This document shows positions 1 to 10,083 of a DNA stretch of 64,000 nucleotides, in pieces. Made by a program: the position numbers and the translations under genes. Positions within the stretch are counted from its first letter, which is position 1; every line of letters starts with the position of its first letter. The notes under the pieces were generated by a model. It worked only from the letters and a program-made list of their open reading frames with translations. It did not search any database and had not been told where the DNA came from. Source of the DNA: Alphaproteobacteria bacterium (GTDB lineage Bacteria; Pseudomonadota; Alphaproteobacteria; UBA2966); the NCBI GenBank assembly GCA_964291395.2, contig OZ219856.1, positions 1,024,001 through 1,088,000 on the forward strand, written 5' to 3'.

Positions 1-688
1 ACTCGTGGTTCTGGGCATGGATTCCACGCACGCGAACCTCGAGGCCGCCCGGAGTCACCATGAGCCGGTCTTCGTGGTGCGTTTCGCCCGCGAAAACGGC
101 GCCGGTCACCACGAGACCGGCGCCCTTCAGATGGAAGGAGCGGTCCACGGCCAGGCGGAACCCGCCCGCGGTGGTTCGCGAGGGGATGGCGCGGGCCATG
201 CTTTCCAGGAACTCTCTCAGTTCCGCCACGCCCGTTCCCCTCGGTGACGATACGGGGAAAATGGACGCGTCTTCGAGGCAAGTGCCCGCCAACAGGATCC
301 GAATGTCCTCGACGACCTCCGCGGCACGTTGCTCGTCGACTCGGTCGGTCTTCGTGACCGCGACGGCGCCGCGCCGAATGTCGAGCAGATCGAGGATGGC
401 CAGATGTTCTTCGGTCTGTGGCATGGGTCCGTCGTCGGCGGCTACGATCAGGAGCGCGAGATCGATTCCCGAAACCCCCGCCAGCATGTTGCGAATGAAG
501 CGTTCATGCCCGGGAACGTCGACGAAGCCGATGGTCGGACCGCCGTCGACAGGCAGGTAAGCGAAGCCGAGGTCGATGGTCAGGCCCCTTCGCTTCTCCT
601 CCGGCAGTCGGTCGGCGTCGACACCGGTAAGGGCCTTGACCAGGAGCGTCTTTCCGTGGTCGATGTGTCCTGCGGTCGCGACGATCAC
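1..688 (-). CDS. selB: selenocysteine-specific elongation factor SelB (5' part; runs off the window)
   Basis: Manual translation from GTG at 688 (overlapping the selA TGA): VIVATAGHIDHGKTLLVKALTGVDADRLPEEKRRGLTIDLGFAY...FVDVPGHERFIRNMLAG. These are translational GTPase motifs, directly after selA. Confidence 0.95.
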   Translation of the reverse strand, partial: MIVATAGHIDHGKTLLVKALTGVDADRLPEEKRRGLTIDLGFAYLPVDGGPTIGFVDVPGHERFIRNMLAGVSGIDLALLIVAADDGPMPQTEEHLAILDLLDIRRGAVAVTKTDRVDEQRAAEVVEDIRILLAGTCLEDASIFPVSSPRGTGVAELREFLESMARAIPSRTTAGGFRLAVDRSFHLKGAGLVVTGAVFAGETHHEDRLMVTPGGLEVRVRGIHAQNHE

Positions 689-2124
689 GCCGGTGGCTCT
701 CCAGTCGCCGGAACCGTCGGCTTGAGTTGGCCGGCGAATGCCGCTTCGTCGTCGAGGCAGCGCAGATCCAGAACGAGCGCGTCGTTTTCGATTCGGCCGA
801 TCACGGGGATCGCCAGACCGCGCAAATCCCCGGCCAGCTTTTCCAGGCGCCCGCCCAATCCGCGTTTTCCGCCGCTCGGGTGCGCGACCAGCGCGGTGCT
901 CGGCAGGGAACTCGCCGGTTGCGCTCCGCTTCCGATCTGGCTTTGGACGGGCTGGAGAGTCACGCTGCCGCGGTCGCCTACCCAAGTTGCGAGTACCGGC
1001 AGCAGACGTACGGCGGCGGCCTCGATCTCCGTGGCCGGGCGGGTCAAGAGACGCAGAGTCGGAAGTTTCTCTGCCAGCCGGTCGGGATCGTCGTAAAGGC
1101 GCAAGACGGCCTCCAGGGCGGCGATGGAGAGCTTGCCGAGTCGCATCGCCCGCTTCATGGGATTGCGCTTGATCCTGGCGACGAGGTCTGCTCGCCCGGC
1201 CACGATCCCGGCCTGCGGCCCGCCCAGGAGCTTGTCGCCGCTGAACGTGACGAGGTCAGCGCCCGCCGCGAGGGTTTCGCGGGGCGTGGGCTCATGGGGC
1301 AGGTCCCAGCGCGTCAGGTCCACGAGAGAGCCGCTGCCGAGATCGACGACGAAGGGAAGGTGGCGCGCGTGGGCAAGCTCCGCGAGGTCCCGCCCGGGAA
1401 CTTCGGCGGTGAACCCTTCGACGACGTAGTTGCTGGTATGCACCTTCATGATCAGAGCCGTCTTCTCTCGGACCGCGTCGGCATAGTCGTGAAGGTGTGT
1501 CCGGTTCGTCGTGCCGACCTCGCGCAGCCGGCATCCCGCGCGGGCCATGATGTCGGGCATGCGGAACGAGCCGCCGATCTCGATCAGTTCGCCGCGGGAA
1601 ACCACCACCTCCTTGCGCAGCGCCAGGGAATTGAGCGTCAGCAGAACGGCGGCGGCGTTGTTGTTGACCGCGGTCGCGGCCTCGGCGCCCGTGAGCGCGC
1701 AGAGACGGGCCTCCAAGTGACCGTCCCGGTCGCCGCGCCGCCCCCTGTCGATGTCGAATTCGAGGTTCGTGGGCCGCAGCGCCGCCATGGCCACGGCTTC
1801 GACGACCTCGGGAGGCAAGGGCGCGCGTCCCAGGTTCGTATGAAGCGCCGTGCCCGTGAGATTGAAGACGCGTCTCAGGCTGGGCGCGGCCGCCGCTTCG
1901 AGTTTCGCGGCGACGGCGCCGGCGAGTGCGTCGGGTTCACGCGCGTTCGGTTTCAGGTCGCGGCCCGCCTTCACGGCCGAACGCAGATCGGCCAGAACCT
2001 CTCGTACCGCGCCCGTGGTCGCGGGCCGTCCGTACGACTCCGAAAGTGCCTCCACCGCCGGTTCGCGGAGCACGCGGTCCACGGACGGAATCGCGGCCAG
2101 GTTCGGTGGTTTCGCTGTCGCCAT
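685..2124 (-). CDS. selA: L-seryl-tRNA(Sec) selenium transferase
   Basis: Motifs NLTGTALHTNLGRAPL, VNNNAAA, SRGELIEIGGSFR, EVGTTNRT and FSGDKLLGGPQAG (PLP lysine). Confidence 0.97.
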   Translation of the reverse strand: MATAKPPNLAAIPSVDRVLREPAVEALSESYGRPATTGAVREVLADLRSAVKAGRDLKPNAREPDALAGAVAAKLEAAAAPSLRRVFNLTGTALHTNLGRAPLPPEVVEAVAMAALRPTNLEFDIDRGRRGDRDGHLEARLCALTGAEAATAVNNNAAAVLLTLNSLALRKEVVVSRGELIEIGGSFRMPDIMARAGCRLREVGTTNRTHLHDYADAVREKTALIMKVHTSNYVVEGFTAEVPGRDLAELAHARHLPFVVDLGSGSLVDLTRWDLPHEPTPRETLAAGADLVTFSGDKLLGGPQAGIVAGRADLVARIKRNPMKRAMRLGKLSIAALEAVLRLYDDPDRLAEKLPTLRLLTRPATEIEAAAVRLLPVLATWVGDRGSVTLQPVQSQIGSGAQPASSLPSTALVAHPSGGKRGLGGRLEKLAGDLRGLAIPVIGRIENDALVLDLRCLDDEAAFAGQLKPTVPATGEPPA

Positions 2125-2401
2125 GGGCCTGGACAGGGCTCGCGTTGCGTGGGGACCACGCTATCTCCCCGATTCGCGCGGGGTCAAGAAACGCGGGTCC
2201 ACGGCATCAGGAGATGGCCGGCTACACCCTCGTTACATGTGTGAAGTTGAGTGGCGCCGGCGACAATCCGGAGTTCTCCGGGGAAGATGCGGCGCAGCCG
2301 CAACGCTCGTCCCCATGGGGGCCGGTCCGATGATGGGCCAAGGCCCCGTCGAGACGGATCCGGCGCTGCCGGAGGGTGGGCACAGCCATTTGGCGGTCGC
2401 C

Positions 2402-3070
2402 CTAGAGGAACTGCTGGAAGAGGAAGGCGTTCGTGCGTTCAAGCGCCAGCTTCGCGTCCGTCTCGTGATAGGACGCACGGCGATCGCAGTTGAACCCATG
2501 CTCGGCCTCGGCGTACGTGTGGACCGTTATCTCCGGGTGCTTTCCGGAGATCTCCTTGACGTCGCTCATCGGGATGCCGGCGTCCCGCTCGCCGAAATGG
2601 AGCATGGTGGGGCACTTGGGAGACTCGTCGACGAAATCGATGATGCCGCCGCCGTAGTATCCGACGGCGCACGTAAGGTCGAGACGGCACGCGGCAACCC
2701 ATGTCACGGTGCCGCCGTAGCAGTATCCGACGATGCCGGGCCGCTTGTCGCCGGCGACGGCGTCCGCCGCGGCCTCGACGTCCGTCATGGTGTTGCGCCA
2801 ACTGAGCTGCCCCATGAAGTTGCGGCCGCGCTCGATGTCCTCCGGCGTGTAGCCGAGTTCGACGCCGGGCTCCACGCGGTCGAAGACGGCCGGCGCGATG
2901 GACGAATAGCCTTCTCCCGCGAACCTGTCGCAGACCTCCCGGATGTGGACGTTGACGCCGAAGATCTCCTGGATCACGACCAGGCTTCCACGCTGCGTGC
3001 CTTCCGGAATCGCCTCGTAGGCGGCCAGCTCGTGGCCGTCGCTCGCCTTCAATGTCCGCATTGAACCCAT
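2402..3070 (-). CDS. dienelactone hydrolase family protein
   Basis: QEIFGVN, GYCYGG nucleophile motif, AEHGF; start placed at MGSM after a GAGGAGG RBS. Confidence 0.9.
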   Translation of the reverse strand: MGSMRTLKASDGHELAAYEAIPEGTQRGSLVVIQEIFGVNVHIREVCDRFAGEGYSSIAPAVFDRVEPGVELGYTPEDIERGRNFMGQLSWRNTMTDVEAAADAVAGDKRPGIVGYCYGGTVTWVAACRLDLTCAVGYYGGGIIDFVDESPKCPTMLHFGERDAGIPMSDVKEISGKHPEITVHTYAEAEHGFNCDRRASYHETDAKLALERTNAFLFQQFL

Positions 3071-3256
3071 CTCGTTTTCCTCCTCCCGCGTGTATTTGGT
3101 CGGTTCCGCCGTCGGTCGAATGTGGCGGGACACTATCACAGAGATCGCTATGCCGACACGGACGATCGATGTCCCGACCGCCGTGGATGTTTGTCGCCGC
3201 GTCCCGGTTGGTTATGATCCGCCCTCGGTCCAATCCCTGATACGAAAGAGTCTCCC

Positions 3257-4096
3257 ATGCCCGGAAAGAGCAACAGGGAAGCCGTGCTGCAGCGGCTGCG
3301 GGGCGAGGCCCGCGACATCCGGCGCAATTCCTGGCGTGCGCTGCGCGCGGCGGGAGCCGGCCATGTCGGGGGCGCCCTCTCCGCCGCGGAACTGCTGGCG
3401 GCCCTCTATTTCCATCATCTTCGCATCCGGCCCGACGAGCCGGACTGGCCCGACCGCGATCGCTTCGTGCTGTCGAAGGGTCACGGCAACGCGGCGCTGG
3501 CCGCCGTGCTGGCGCAGGCCGGCTTCTTCGAAGAGAGCCGGCTCGACGAGTTCTACGCCTACGAGTCGCTGCTCGGCATGCATCCCGACATCAAATGCGA
3601 GGGTGTCGAGATGAGCACCGGCGGGCTGGGCCACGGGCTCTCGGTCGGCATGGGCATGGCGCTCGGCGCGCGTCTGCAGAAGAAGGATTTTCGGACCGTC
3701 GTGATGATCGGCGACGGCGAGTTGCAGGAGGGTTCGAACTGGGAAGCGGCGATGGCCGCGGCGCACATGTCGCTGTCCAACCTCACCGCCATCGTCGACT
3801 ACAACAAGGTCCAGCAGAGCGGTCACGTCCGCGACAGGATGGCCCTCGAACCCCTGGCGGACAAATGGCGGGCCTTTGGCTGGGCGGTCCGGGAGATCGA
3901 CGGTCACGATGTCGGCGAGATCGTCGATGTTCTCGACGCGCTTCCCCTGGAACAGGACAAGCCGTCCTTCGTGATCGCCCATACGGTCAAGGGCAAGGGC
4001 GCCAGCTTCGCGGAAGATACCTACCTCTGGCACAACAACGCCGTGACCGACGAAGTCTACGCACAGGCTCTCGCGGAACTGGAGGCGCAGGCATGA
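3257..4096 (+). CDS. transketolase, N-terminal (ThDP-binding) subunit
   Basis: GHVGGALS, DRFVLSKGH, GDGELQEG...N, HTVKGKG. Confidence 0.93.
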   Translation: MPGKSNREAVLQRLRGEARDIRRNSWRALRAAGAGHVGGALSAAELLAALYFHHLRIRPDEPDWPDRDRFVLSKGHGNAALAAVLAQAGFFEESRLDEFYAYESLLGMHPDIKCEGVEMSTGGLGHGLSVGMGMALGARLQKKDFRTVVMIGDGELQEGSNWEAAMAAAHMSLSNLTAIVDYNKVQQSGHVRDRMALEPLADKWRAFGWAVREIDGHDVGEIVDVLDALPLEQDKPSFVIAHTVKGKGASFAEDTYLWHNNAVTDEVYAQALAELEAQA

Positions 4097-5073
4097 ACGA
4101 CGCCGGCAAGGGAACCTCGGTTACGCCCGAATGGGTCGACATCGCCGCCAACCAGTCCCGCCTGTCGTTCGGCCTGGCCGTCACGGAACTGGCGGACCGG
4201 GACGACAGCATCGTCGCCGTCGCCGCCGATACCCTCGACCTGATCGGCTTGCGGACGCTGATGGAGAGGCATCCCGAGCGAGTGATCGACGTCGGCATCG
4301 CCGAGCAGAACGCCATGGGAGTCGCCAGCGGTCTCGCGACCACGGGCATGCACCCCTATCTCTGCGGCTATGCGCCGTTCATCACCGCGCGGTCGATGGA
4401 GCAACTGCGCAACGACGTGGACTACGCCAACCAGCGGGTCGTCATCGGCGCGGCGTGCAGCGGGATCTCCCTCGCGGTGTCCGGCGGGACCCATCACGCA
4501 GTCGAGGACATCGCCCTGATGCGCAGCCTGCCCAACATGACCGTGATCGTCGTCGCCGACGCCCACCAGGGCTATCACGCCACCCTGGCCACCCGGGACC
4601 ACGACGGCCCCGTCTATATCCGTCTCGGCGGACGGGCGATCGAGACCCCGGCGACGCCGGTCGACGCGGACTACGAGATCGGCAGGGCCGACGTGCTGCG
4701 CGAGGGTAGGGACGTGACCGTGATCGCCTGCGGCTGCATGGTGCCGGAAGCCGTATCGGCTGCCGAGACCCTGGAAGAGCAGGGCCTCGACGTGCGCGTG
4801 ATCAACATGCACACGATCAAGCCGCTCGACCGCGACGCGGTCCTCGCGGCGGCGGCCGAAACCGGCGGAATCGTCACGGCGGAAGAGCACCACTTGACGG
4901 GCGGCCTCGGCGGCGCCGTCGCCGAACTGCTGGCGGAAGAGCATCCCACGCGCATGCGCTTCGTCGGCATGCCCGCCGAGTACGCCATCGTCGGACCTAC
5001 CGACAAGGTCCGGGATCGCTACGGCATGAGCGCCCGCCACGTCGTGGCGGCCTGCCGATCTCTCGCGGGCTGA
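4093..5073 (+). CDS. transketolase, C-terminal subunit
   Basis: ATGA overlap with the upstream gene; GIAEQN, GGTHHAVED, NMHTIKPLD, TAEEH. Confidence 0.93.
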   Translation: MNDAGKGTSVTPEWVDIAANQSRLSFGLAVTELADRDDSIVAVAADTLDLIGLRTLMERHPERVIDVGIAEQNAMGVASGLATTGMHPYLCGYAPFITARSMEQLRNDVDYANQRVVIGAACSGISLAVSGGTHHAVEDIALMRSLPNMTVIVVADAHQGYHATLATRDHDGPVYIRLGGRAIETPATPVDADYEIGRADVLREGRDVTVIACGCMVPEAVSAAETLEEQGLDVRVINMHTIKPLDRDAVLAAAAETGGIVTAEEHHLTGGLGGAVAELLAEEHPTRMRFVGMPAEYAIVGPTDKVRDRYGMSARHVVAACRSLAG

Positions 5074-5086
5074 CCGGCAGGGCGTA

Positions 5087-6289
5087 TCAGCCTATGGCGC
5101 CCGTGCTCTCCAGCGCCCGGATCTCGTCACTCGTGTAGCCGGCCTCACCGAGCACCTCCCTCGTATGCTCGCCGAGCCGCGGTGCCCGGCGGCGAATGAC
5201 GGCGGGGTTCTTCGAATACTTGATCGGGTGGCCCAGAACCCGCATGGGTCCGCCGCGGGACGTTCCCACCTCCTCGATCATCTCGCGGGCGAGAACATGC
5301 CCGTCCGACGTCATCTGCGGGATATCGAAGACCGGACCCGCCGGGATGCCGGCGGCGTCGAGCTTGGCGAGCCAACCGTCGGTGGTGTCCGTCTCGAAGA
5401 TCGGGATGAGGACTTCTTGCAGGTCCGCCAGACTGGCCCGGCGCTCGTTGGGTCCCGTAAAGCGCGGATCCTCGGCGATCTCGGGGGCGCCGAGTAGATC
5501 CACGAGTTTCAACCACAGGCCCTGGTTGGCGGCTCCCAGGGTGATCCAGCCGTCCTTGGTCTTGAAAGCCTGGTAGGGCGCCATCAGGGGATGGGCCGAC
5601 CCCATCGCCGTCGGCCGCTCGCCCGAGGCCATGAAGATCGCCGACTGCCAGTAGGTGTGCATGATGCCGGCTTCGAGGAGCGAGGTGTCGATTAGCTGAC
5701 CGCGTCCCGTGCTTGCCCGCTTGAACAGGGCTGCCACGATCCCGAGCGCGGCGAGCGACCCGGCGGTGATGTCGGTGACCGGGGCGCCCACCTTGACCGG
5801 CGGCCTCCCGGGGCCTTCGCCGGTGATGCTCATGAGCCCGCTCATGCCCTGCGCCACCAGGTCGAAGCCGCCGCGTTCGGCGTACGGGCCGGTGCCGCCG
5901 AAGCCCGAGATCGAGCAATAGACCAGCCCGCGATTGGCCTTCGCCATCTCTTCGTAGCCCACGCCGTAGCGTTCCATGGCGCCCAGACGATAGTTCTCGA
6001 CGAACACGTCCGCGCCTTCGATCAGCCGGCCCAGGACCGCTGTCGCCCCGTCCGTCTTCATGTCGAGGGCCATGCCCCGCTTGTTGCGGTTCATCATGGC
6101 GAACGGAGCCGACTCGCCGTCCGTGAAGGGCCCGCTGTTGCGGATGCTGTCTCCGTGGGGGAGCCGTTCCACTTTGATCACGTCGGCGCCCATGTCGGCG
6201 AGCAGCAGCCCGCACGTGGGCGCGGCCATGATGTGACTCATCTCGATGACCCGGATGCCCGATAGCAATCCGCTGCCGCCGTCCGCCAT
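5087..6289 (-). CDS. CaiB/BaiF family III CoA-transferase
   Basis: LLADMGADVIKVE, NRNKR, ENYRLG, ISGFG, APRLGEHT; start at MADGG. Confidence 0.93.
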   Translation of the reverse strand: MADGGSGLLSGIRVIEMSHIMAAPTCGLLLADMGADVIKVERLPHGDSIRNSGPFTDGESAPFAMMNRNKRGMALDMKTDGATAVLGRLIEGADVFVENYRLGAMERYGVGYEEMAKANRGLVYCSISGFGGTGPYAERGGFDLVAQGMSGLMSITGEGPGRPPVKVGAPVTDITAGSLAALGIVAALFKRASTGRGQLIDTSLLEAGIMHTYWQSAIFMASGERPTAMGSAHPLMAPYQAFKTKDGWITLGAANQGLWLKLVDLLGAPEIAEDPRFTGPNERRASLADLQEVLIPIFETDTTDGWLAKLDAAGIPAGPVFDIPQMTSDGHVLAREMIEEVGTSRGGPMRVLGHPIKYSKNPAVIRRRAPRLGEHTREVLGEAGYTSDEIRALESTGAIG

Positions 6290-6291
6290 GC

Positions 6292-7116
6292 TCACCTGCC
6301 CTTGAATCGCGGCGTTTCCTTGGCGAGAAAAGCGCGGACGCCCTCCTGGAAGTCCTCGGTGTCGAAACAGGCGAAACCCTCGGCGGCCTCTTCCCGCGTG
6401 AGGGGGGCGGGCGTCCTGGCGCCCGCGACCACCCGCCGGATGAACTTCTTGTGCCAGCGATTGACCAGCGGCGCGCCCGAAGAGATGCGCTCGACGGTCT
6501 CGGCGACGTCCGCATCCAGCTCCTCGTCGGGGACCACGCGGTTGACGAGGCCCTTGTCCTTGGCCTCCTCCGCGTCGAACACGCGTGCCTCCAGCAGGAT
6601 TTCGAGAGCCACCGACGGTCCCACCAGATCGACGAGGGCTTCCACTTCCGGGTAGGCCATGACCAGTCCGAGCCGGCTGACGGGGATGCCGAAGCGGGCG
6701 CCCGCGCCGGCGATTCGGAGGTCGCACATGAGCGCGAGTTCCAGGCCGCCGCCCACGCACAGGCCCCCGATCCGCGCGACCACGGGAACGCGGCAATCGC
6801 GGATGGCGGCCATGGCCTCGTGCATGAGGCCGCCGTACTCGCTTGCCTGCGCCGAATCGTTGCGCGTGTCGGCGAACTCGCTGATGTCGGCGCCGGGCGC
6901 GAGCGCCTTGTCGCTCCCGCCCTTCAGCACGACGCAACGCAGCCCGTCGTCGCCGTCGAGTGAGCGGAACACCTCGCCGACGCGCTTCCACATCTCCCTG
7001 TTGAGCGCATTCAGCTTGTCCGGCCGGTTGAGCAGTACGGTGGCCACGTCGCCTTCGCGCTCCACCAATACGACGTCGTCCCCGCCGTCTCGTTCAGCTA
7101 TGTCCTTTGTCGGCAT
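6292..7116 (-). CDS. enoyl-CoA hydratase/isomerase family protein
   Basis: LNRPDKLNA, GADISEF, GGGLELALMCDLR, FQEGVRAF. Confidence 0.92.
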   Translation of the reverse strand: MPTKDIAERDGGDDVVLVEREGDVATVLLNRPDKLNALNREMWKRVGEVFRSLDGDDGLRCVVLKGGSDKALAPGADISEFADTRNDSAQASEYGGLMHEAMAAIRDCRVPVVARIGGLCVGGGLELALMCDLRIAGAGARFGIPVSRLGLVMAYPEVEALVDLVGPSVALEILLEARVFDAEEAKDKGLVNRVVPDEELDADVAETVERISSGAPLVNRWHKKFIRRVVAGARTPAPLTREEAAEGFACFDTEDFQEGVRAFLAKETPRFKGR

Positions 7117-7150
7117 GCTCGATCCAACCGCCGAATGGTCCGTCCGCCCC

Positions 7151-7190
7151 TTATACTATGTAACTTATTGTAATATTGAGTTTTTTGTAG
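7151..7190 (-). promoter_or_regulatory. AT-rich putative promoter/operator of the hydratase-CoA-transferase operon
   Basis: TTATACTATGTAACTTATTGTAATATTGAGTTTTTTG in a high-GC background, just upstream of the 7116 start. Confidence 0.5.
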
Positions 7191-7359
7191 GTCACGACCG
7201 GTTGCGTCCCGTATTCGATCCCTTGGTATGAACGGCGTCGCCGTCATCCTTTTTTCCGCGTGCCGCTACCGCGATGGGCGCCGACCGTCGTGACCGTGAT
7301 GATCGCAGTCTCCCGCGGTCGACCGTTGTCTGTCGTTCTCTTTCCGGCCATCGGCGAGC

Positions 7360-7475
7360 CTCGCACCAGCTCGCGAGCCTTGCCTTCCGAGATCCTCGAA
7401 CGCCTCGCGTACTTGTTTTTCATTACCATGCCTAGCGTTAGCACACATCACAACAGACCCAGCTAGGCAAGACCC
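7360..7475 (-). mobile_element. IS1595-family left end and transposase N-terminal remnant
   Basis: MKNKYARRSRISEGKARELVR resembles IS1595-type transposase starts; preceded by a GGGTCTTGCCTAG end-like sequence; similarity stops after about 20 aa. Confidence 0.6.
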
Positions 7476-7574
7476 TTCATTGTTTTCGAGCACGGCCGGG
7501 CCGCTGCCCTGGCTGAGTGGCGGCGACTTGCAACCCGATAGCCCTTGATTGCAGGTTCTACAGGTCCAAGCCGG

Positions 7575-7586
7575 TTGGTCTGACAA
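7575..7586. promoter_or_regulatory. possible GntR/FadR-type operator
   Basis: TTGGTCTGACAA resembles TGGTCNGACCA; about 90 bp upstream of the amidase. Confidence 0.35.
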
Positions 7587-7674
7587 TGCCCGGTGACGCC
7601 ATGTCACCGGTAAGACTCGGGCACCACGGCTCGTCTATGCTGAACAGGCCGTTCATTCAGCGCGGGAGGCTCAC

Positions 7675-9060
7675 TTGGCCACCGACCCCTATCTCGGTGC
7701 CCTTGATCTCGCCCGGTCGTATCGCAGCGGCGAAACGACCCCAACTGAAGTCGTCGACGGGCTGCTGACTCGAATCGAGGCCCTCGATCCCAAGCTCGGC
7801 GCGTTCCAGGCGGTCTATGCGGAGGACGCCCGGCTCGCAACGGATGCCGCCGAGACGGCGATGCGATCGGGTCACCGGCTAGGTCCGTTCCACGGCGTGC
7901 CGTTCGCCGCCAAAGACGTCGTCGACATCGCCGGGCGGATCACCACGGGCGGTTCATTGACGATGGCGGACCGAGTTTCCCCGGCCACGGCCACGATCGC
8001 CCAACGCCTGCTTTCGGCGGGCGGCATCCTCGTCGGCAAGACCAAGACCATGGAGTTCTCGATGGGCGGCTGGGGGACCAACCTCACCATGGGCACACCC
8101 TGGAATCCATGGGACCCGGACGTGCATCGCACGCCGGGCGGATCGTCGAGCGGATCGGGCGTCGCGGTCGGCGCCGGACTCGTGCCCTGCGCCGTCGGCT
8201 CCGATACGGGTGGATCGGTACGCACGCCATCGGCCTGGAACGGCACCGTCGGCCTCAAGACCACCGAAGGCACGTTGCCCATCGATGGCCTCATCCCCTG
8301 CTCGGCATCGATCGATACGGTCGGACCGATGACCCGCTCTGTCGCCGACGCGGCGTTCATGTACGACGTTATGTCCGGGCACGAGGCTGGCAGGCTCGAA
8401 CGACATCTGGCCCAAGATGGGTTCCTCACTCTGCCCCGCGCCGACGGCGTGCGCGGGCTCCGCGTCGGCGCCCTTCAGGATCAAGACCGTGAAGGCGTGG
8501 AGGCGGCCATTCTGGCCCTCTACGATGCCGCGCTCGAACGCCTGCGCGGCCTCGGCGTCGAGATCGTCCCCTTTACGCCTCCGGTTCCCTGGCAACGGAT
8601 GGCGGAGGGCACGGGGCTCATCTTCACGGCGGAAGGCTACACGCACTACGGCGATCTCATGGAGGACCCGGAGGCACCCGTCGATGAGGACGTGCGCCGG
8701 AGGCTGCTCCCGGGGCGGGAAATTGCGGCACGCGACTACATCACCGCCGTCCTGACGCGGCAGGAGCACATCGTCGCGTTCCTCGACAGCATGCGGGGAC
8801 TTGCGGCTGTGGTGACGCCGACCCTGGCGACGGTGCCCCTGCCGCTGAGCGAGGTCGACCAGACGGCCTATCCGGCACGCTTCACCCGCCCGTTCAATTA
8901 CCTCGCGATGTGTGCGCTCTCGCTCCCGATGGGGCTGACAGACGATGGTTTCCCGGGCGGCCTGCAGATCGCCGCGCGCGGCCGGGACGAAGCGATGGCG
9001 TTGCGCATTGGCGCAGCCTTCGAGCAGGACCTGGGTCCGATTGGCCATCCGCCGATCTAG
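7675..9060 (+). CDS. amidase signature family enzyme (GatA-like, not in a gatCAB context)
   Basis: GVPFAAKD, PGGSSSGSG, GSDTGGSVR. Confidence 0.92.
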   Translation: MATDPYLGALDLARSYRSGETTPTEVVDGLLTRIEALDPKLGAFQAVYAEDARLATDAAETAMRSGHRLGPFHGVPFAAKDVVDIAGRITTGGSLTMADRVSPATATIAQRLLSAGGILVGKTKTMEFSMGGWGTNLTMGTPWNPWDPDVHRTPGGSSSGSGVAVGAGLVPCAVGSDTGGSVRTPSAWNGTVGLKTTEGTLPIDGLIPCSASIDTVGPMTRSVADAAFMYDVMSGHEAGRLERHLAQDGFLTLPRADGVRGLRVGALQDQDREGVEAAILALYDAALERLRGLGVEIVPFTPPVPWQRMAEGTGLIFTAEGYTHYGDLMEDPEAPVDEDVRRRLLPGREIAARDYITAVLTRQEHIVAFLDSMRGLAAVVTPTLATVPLPLSEVDQTAYPARFTRPFNYLAMCALSLPMGLTDDGFPGGLQIAARGRDEAMALRIGAAFEQDLGPIGHPPI

Positions 9061-9189
9061 GCGCAACTATCAAAGCCCGGTGGGCCGAGGGGAAAAAAGG
9101 GTCGAGTGAAAGGCGGCGGGCAAGAACTCTAGACGGACGCAGAGCGCCGCTGAGGGGCCTCTGAGGTCGGAATGATCTGAAATGGCGCT

Positions 9190-10083
9190 CTAACCCTCTC
9201 CACCGTCACGGATGAAGGGGTACATTCGACTCCAATCTGCGCCCGGCATCTCCTTCTCCATATCTGTACAGATTTTGTTGACCAGGGCGCCAACGGCGTT
9301 GGGGGAGTTTCCGCTCCTGACCTCGTCCGCATAGACGGACACGTCCTTGGCGAGAATCTCGATTGTCGCCCCGACGTCATAAGTTTCAGGTTCAATCAAT
9401 GTCGGAAAAACATATGAGGTCGCAACATTCTGGCCGCTCGAGACGTTCAGCACCTCAAGGATCGATTTCATATCGAGGTTCTGATTGAGGCCGTAAACCA
9501 TTGCCTCGCTCACTGCTATCAGTGACGCACTGAACACGAAATTGTTGATCAGTTTGATAGCTTGGGCCTGGCCCGGTTCTTCACCCACATGGAACACCTG
9601 ACGGCCCATCGCCTCCATGACCGGGCGAACCTGCTCCACCGCAGTGGTTGGTCCTGCGACAATGAATGTCAGGGCGGCCGATTTAGCGGCAGCGTGGCCG
9701 ACACCCGTGCTGCCGGAGCCACCGGCGACCGGTGAGTCGATATACGTGACGTCCACCTCTCTCAGGCGAGCTTCCGCGGCACGGGCTGTGTTTGAGCCGA
9801 TGGTGGACGTGTCCATTACGATCGAGACAGTCCGGTTGTTTGCTTCCGCGATTTCTTGGGCGATGCTTTCTACCGAATTCTGCTTGTCGACGCTGATGAC
9901 CACGAAGTCGGCGCCGCCTGCGATCTGCGTTGCGGAAGCGGCAATCTCTGCGCCCTTTGGGGCTCGCTCCTCCGTTCCCGCGATGTCGTAGCATATGACG
10001 GAGTATCCTGCTTTGACCAAGTTGGCAGCCATGGGACCACCCATATTCCCAAGGCCAATGAACCCGATGCGTTCTGATGCCAT
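9190..10083 (-). CDS. beta-hydroxyacid (3-hydroxyisobutyrate-like) dehydrogenase
   Basis: GFIGLGNMG, DSPVAGG, KLINN; start at MASER. Confidence 0.9.
   Translation of the reverse strand: MASERIGFIGLGNMGGPMAANLVKAGYSVICYDIAGTEERAPKGAEIAASATQIAGGADFVVISVDKQNSVESIAQEIAEANNRTVSIVMDTSTIGSNTARAAEARLREVDVTYIDSPVAGGSGSTGVGHAAAKSAALTFIVAGPTTAVEQVRPVMEAMGRQVFHVGEEPGQAQAIKLINNFVFSASLIAVSEAMVYGLNQNLDMKSILEVLNVSSGQNVATSYVFPTLIEPETYDVGATIEILAKDVSVYADEVRSGNSPNAVGALVNKICTDMEKEMPGADWSRMYPFIRDGGEG

Noticed and set aside
329-2244. Long plus-strand ORFs (255 and 505 aa) and many similar ORFs across the window
   Set aside because: They are antisense or off-frame shadows of real genes, typical of high-GC DNA, with Arg/Pro-rich text and no motifs.
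2125-2400. Possible tRNA-Sec next to selA
   Set aside because: No TCA anticodon loop, T-loop or CCA end was found on either strand.
5087-6991. 634-aa fusion suggested by the ORF track
   Set aside because: The N-terminal extension is an off-frame reading of the hydratase gene; the real start is 6289.
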